A stretch of 27,424 nt of DNA from Halobacteriaceae archaeon (lineage in GTDB: Archaea > Halobacteriota > Halobacteria > Halobacteriales > Halobacteriaceae): NCBI GenBank assembly GCA_042216675.1, contig JBDGTS010000012.1:1-27424 (forward strand), in the 5' to 3' direction. Below the pieces are notes generated by a model, which worked only from the letters and a program-made list of their open reading frames with translations, was not told where the DNA came from and searched no databases. Shown piece by piece: positions 26,059-27,424 of this stretch (position 1 is the first letter of the stretch; each line of letters begins with the position of its first letter). Position numbers and translations under genes: made by a program.

Positions 26059-27336
26059 ATGAGCTACGACCGAATCGAGGTGCCCGACGACGGCGAGCCC
26101 ATCGAAGTCATCGACGAAGAGGCCGACGAAATCGACGTTCCCGAGAACCCCATCATCCCCATCATCCACGGTGACGGCATCGGCAAGGACGTCGGCCCCG
26201 CCGCACAGACGGTCCTCGAAGCGGCCGCCGAGGCCACCGGTCGCTCCATCTCGTGGATGCGCGTCTACGCCGGCGAGAGCGCCCGCGAACAGTACGGCGA
26301 GGACACACACCTGCCCGACGAGACGGTCGACGCCATCCGGGAGCACCGCGTCGCCATCAAGGGGCCGCTGACGACGCCCGTCGGGGCCGGTTTCCGGTCG
26401 CTGAACGTCGCGCTCCGACAGACCCTCGACCTGTTCGCCAACGTCCGCCCGACGTACTACCTCGACGGCGTCCCGTCGCCGATGAAGGCGCCCGAGGAGA
26501 TGGACATGGTCACGTTCCGGGAGAACACCGAGGACGTGTACGCCGGCATCGAGTGGGAGGCCGGCACCGACGACGTCGAGGAAGTCCGCGACTTCGTCGA
26601 GGAGGAGATGGGCTTCGACGACGTGATGCACGACGGTCCCATCGGCATCGGCCTGAAGCCCATCTCGGAGAAGGGCAGCAAGCGCCTCGTGCGCCGCGCC
26701 ATCGACTACGCCATCGAACACGACCGGGACAAGGTGACGCTGGTCCACAAGGGGAACATCATGAAGTTCACCGAGGGCCAGTTCGGCGAGTGGGGCATGG
26801 AGGTCGCCGAGGAGGAGTACCCCGACGAGGAGGTCTTCGCCGCCCCCGACTCCCTCTGGGAGGAGCAGGACGAGGTCGACATCCCCGAGGACGCCGTCAT
26901 GGTCGAGGAGCGCCTCGCCGACGCGATGCTCCAGTGGATGCAGCTGCGCACCGACGAGTTCGACGTGCTGGCGATGCCGAACCTCAACGGCGACTACCTC
27001 TCCGACGCCGCCGGCGCTCAGATCGGCGGTCTCGGCATCGCGCCGGGCGGCAACTTCGGCTACGCGCGGATGCTCGCCGAACCGGTCCACGGCTCCGCGC
27101 CCAAGCGCGCCGGGCAGGACATGGCCAACCCGACGGCGATGATCCTCTCCGGTCGCCTGATGTTCGACTACCTCGGCTGGGACGAGGCCGCTGACCTCGT
27201 GCGCGACGCCGTCGAGGAGACTATCTCCTCGGGCAAGGTCACCTACGACCTGCACCGACAGATCGAGGGCGGCGAGAAACTCGGCACGAGCGAGTACGCC
27301 GAGGCCGTCGTCGAGAACATCGAGAAACTGTCGTAG
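26059..27336 (+). CDS. icd: NADP-dependent isocitrate dehydrogenase
   Basis: IHGDGIGKDV, IKGPLTTPVGAGFRSLNVALRQ, FRENTEDVY, VHKGNIMKFTEG, NLNGDYLSD, EPVHGSAPK, VTYDL. Start 26059 follows TTCTTATA. Confidence 0.98.
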   Translation: MSYDRIEVPDDGEPIEVIDEEADEIDVPENPIIPIIHGDGIGKDVGPAAQTVLEAAAEATGRSISWMRVYAGESAREQYGEDTHLPDETVDAIREHRVAIKGPLTTPVGAGFRSLNVALRQTLDLFANVRPTYYLDGVPSPMKAPEEMDMVTFRENTEDVYAGIEWEAGTDDVEEVRDFVEEEMGFDDVMHDGPIGIGLKPISEKGSKRLVRRAIDYAIEHDRDKVTLVHKGNIMKFTEGQFGEWGMEVAEEEYPDEEVFAAPDSLWEEQDEVDIPEDAVMVEERLADAMLQWMQLRTDEFDVLAMPNLNGDYLSDAAGAQIGGLGIAPGGNFGYARMLAEPVHGSAPKRAGQDMANPTAMILSGRLMFDYLGWDEAADLVRDAVEETISSGKVTYDLHRQIEGGEKLGTSEYAEAVVENIEKLS

Positions 27337-27391
27337 ACAGTTTCTCGTCCTCTCGCGGCATTGCCGCGAGAACATCGAAGCCCTCGCGTAA
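27312..27391. repeat. Direct repeat CGAGAACATCGA (27312-27323 and 27367-27378) with two perfect hairpins between; the second copy continues as an alternative icd C-terminus
   Basis: Hairpin 1 CGAGAAACTGTC-GTA-GACAGTTTCTCG (27321-27347); hairpin 2 TCTCGCGGCA-T-TGCCGCGAGA (27351-27371); GAG AAC ATC GAA GCC CTC GCG TAA at 27368-27391. Confidence 0.8.
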
Positions 27392-27424
27392 CGAGGTCTT
27401 CGTGCGCTCGGAAATCTGCGATTT

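Noticed and set aside
1-27424. CRISPR array, transposase, integrase or defence system
   Set aside because: No regularly spaced repeats and no recognisable cas, transposase, recombinase or toxin-antitoxin motifs among the ORFs.

Overview
High-GC (GC-skewed third codon positions, acidic proteins) chromosomal window from a haloarchaeon (Halobacteria), about 31 densely packed genes, mostly housekeeping. In order: carA with a divergent Lrp/AsnC regulator, type 1 idi, two small hypotheticals, GNAT, GIY-YIG/DUF123-like nuclease, a large Tat-secreted beta-helix + ricin-lectin protein, a pyrG-guaA(B subunit)-small RCK_N-like operon, pspA, a membrane protein, a Vms1/VLRF1-like release-factor homolog, an ArsR-type regulator, gatD, a K+ locus (two RCK_C membrane paralogs, a Kch/MthK-like channel, an HPP-USP fusion), nucleoside phosphorylase, a RosR-like PadR regulator, DUF63-like membrane protein, MtaB-type methylthiotransferase, aldo/keto reductase, HIT protein, a small Zn-ribbon protein, map and icd. 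I saw no rRNA, tRNA, CRISPR array, transposase or integrase. Best leads: (1) a duplicated, alternative icd 3' end separated by two perfect hairpins; (2) an orphan secreted beta-helix/ricin enzyme whose TATA box lies inside a perfect 11-bp inverted repeat; (3) a stand-alone RCK_N-like protein translationally coupled to CTP and GMP synthases; (4) a possibly split RCK K+ channel module. Family assignments come from motif recognition and recall, not from database searches. Several start codons were moved downstream of the ORF-track starts using TATA-like spacing (leaderless transcripts).
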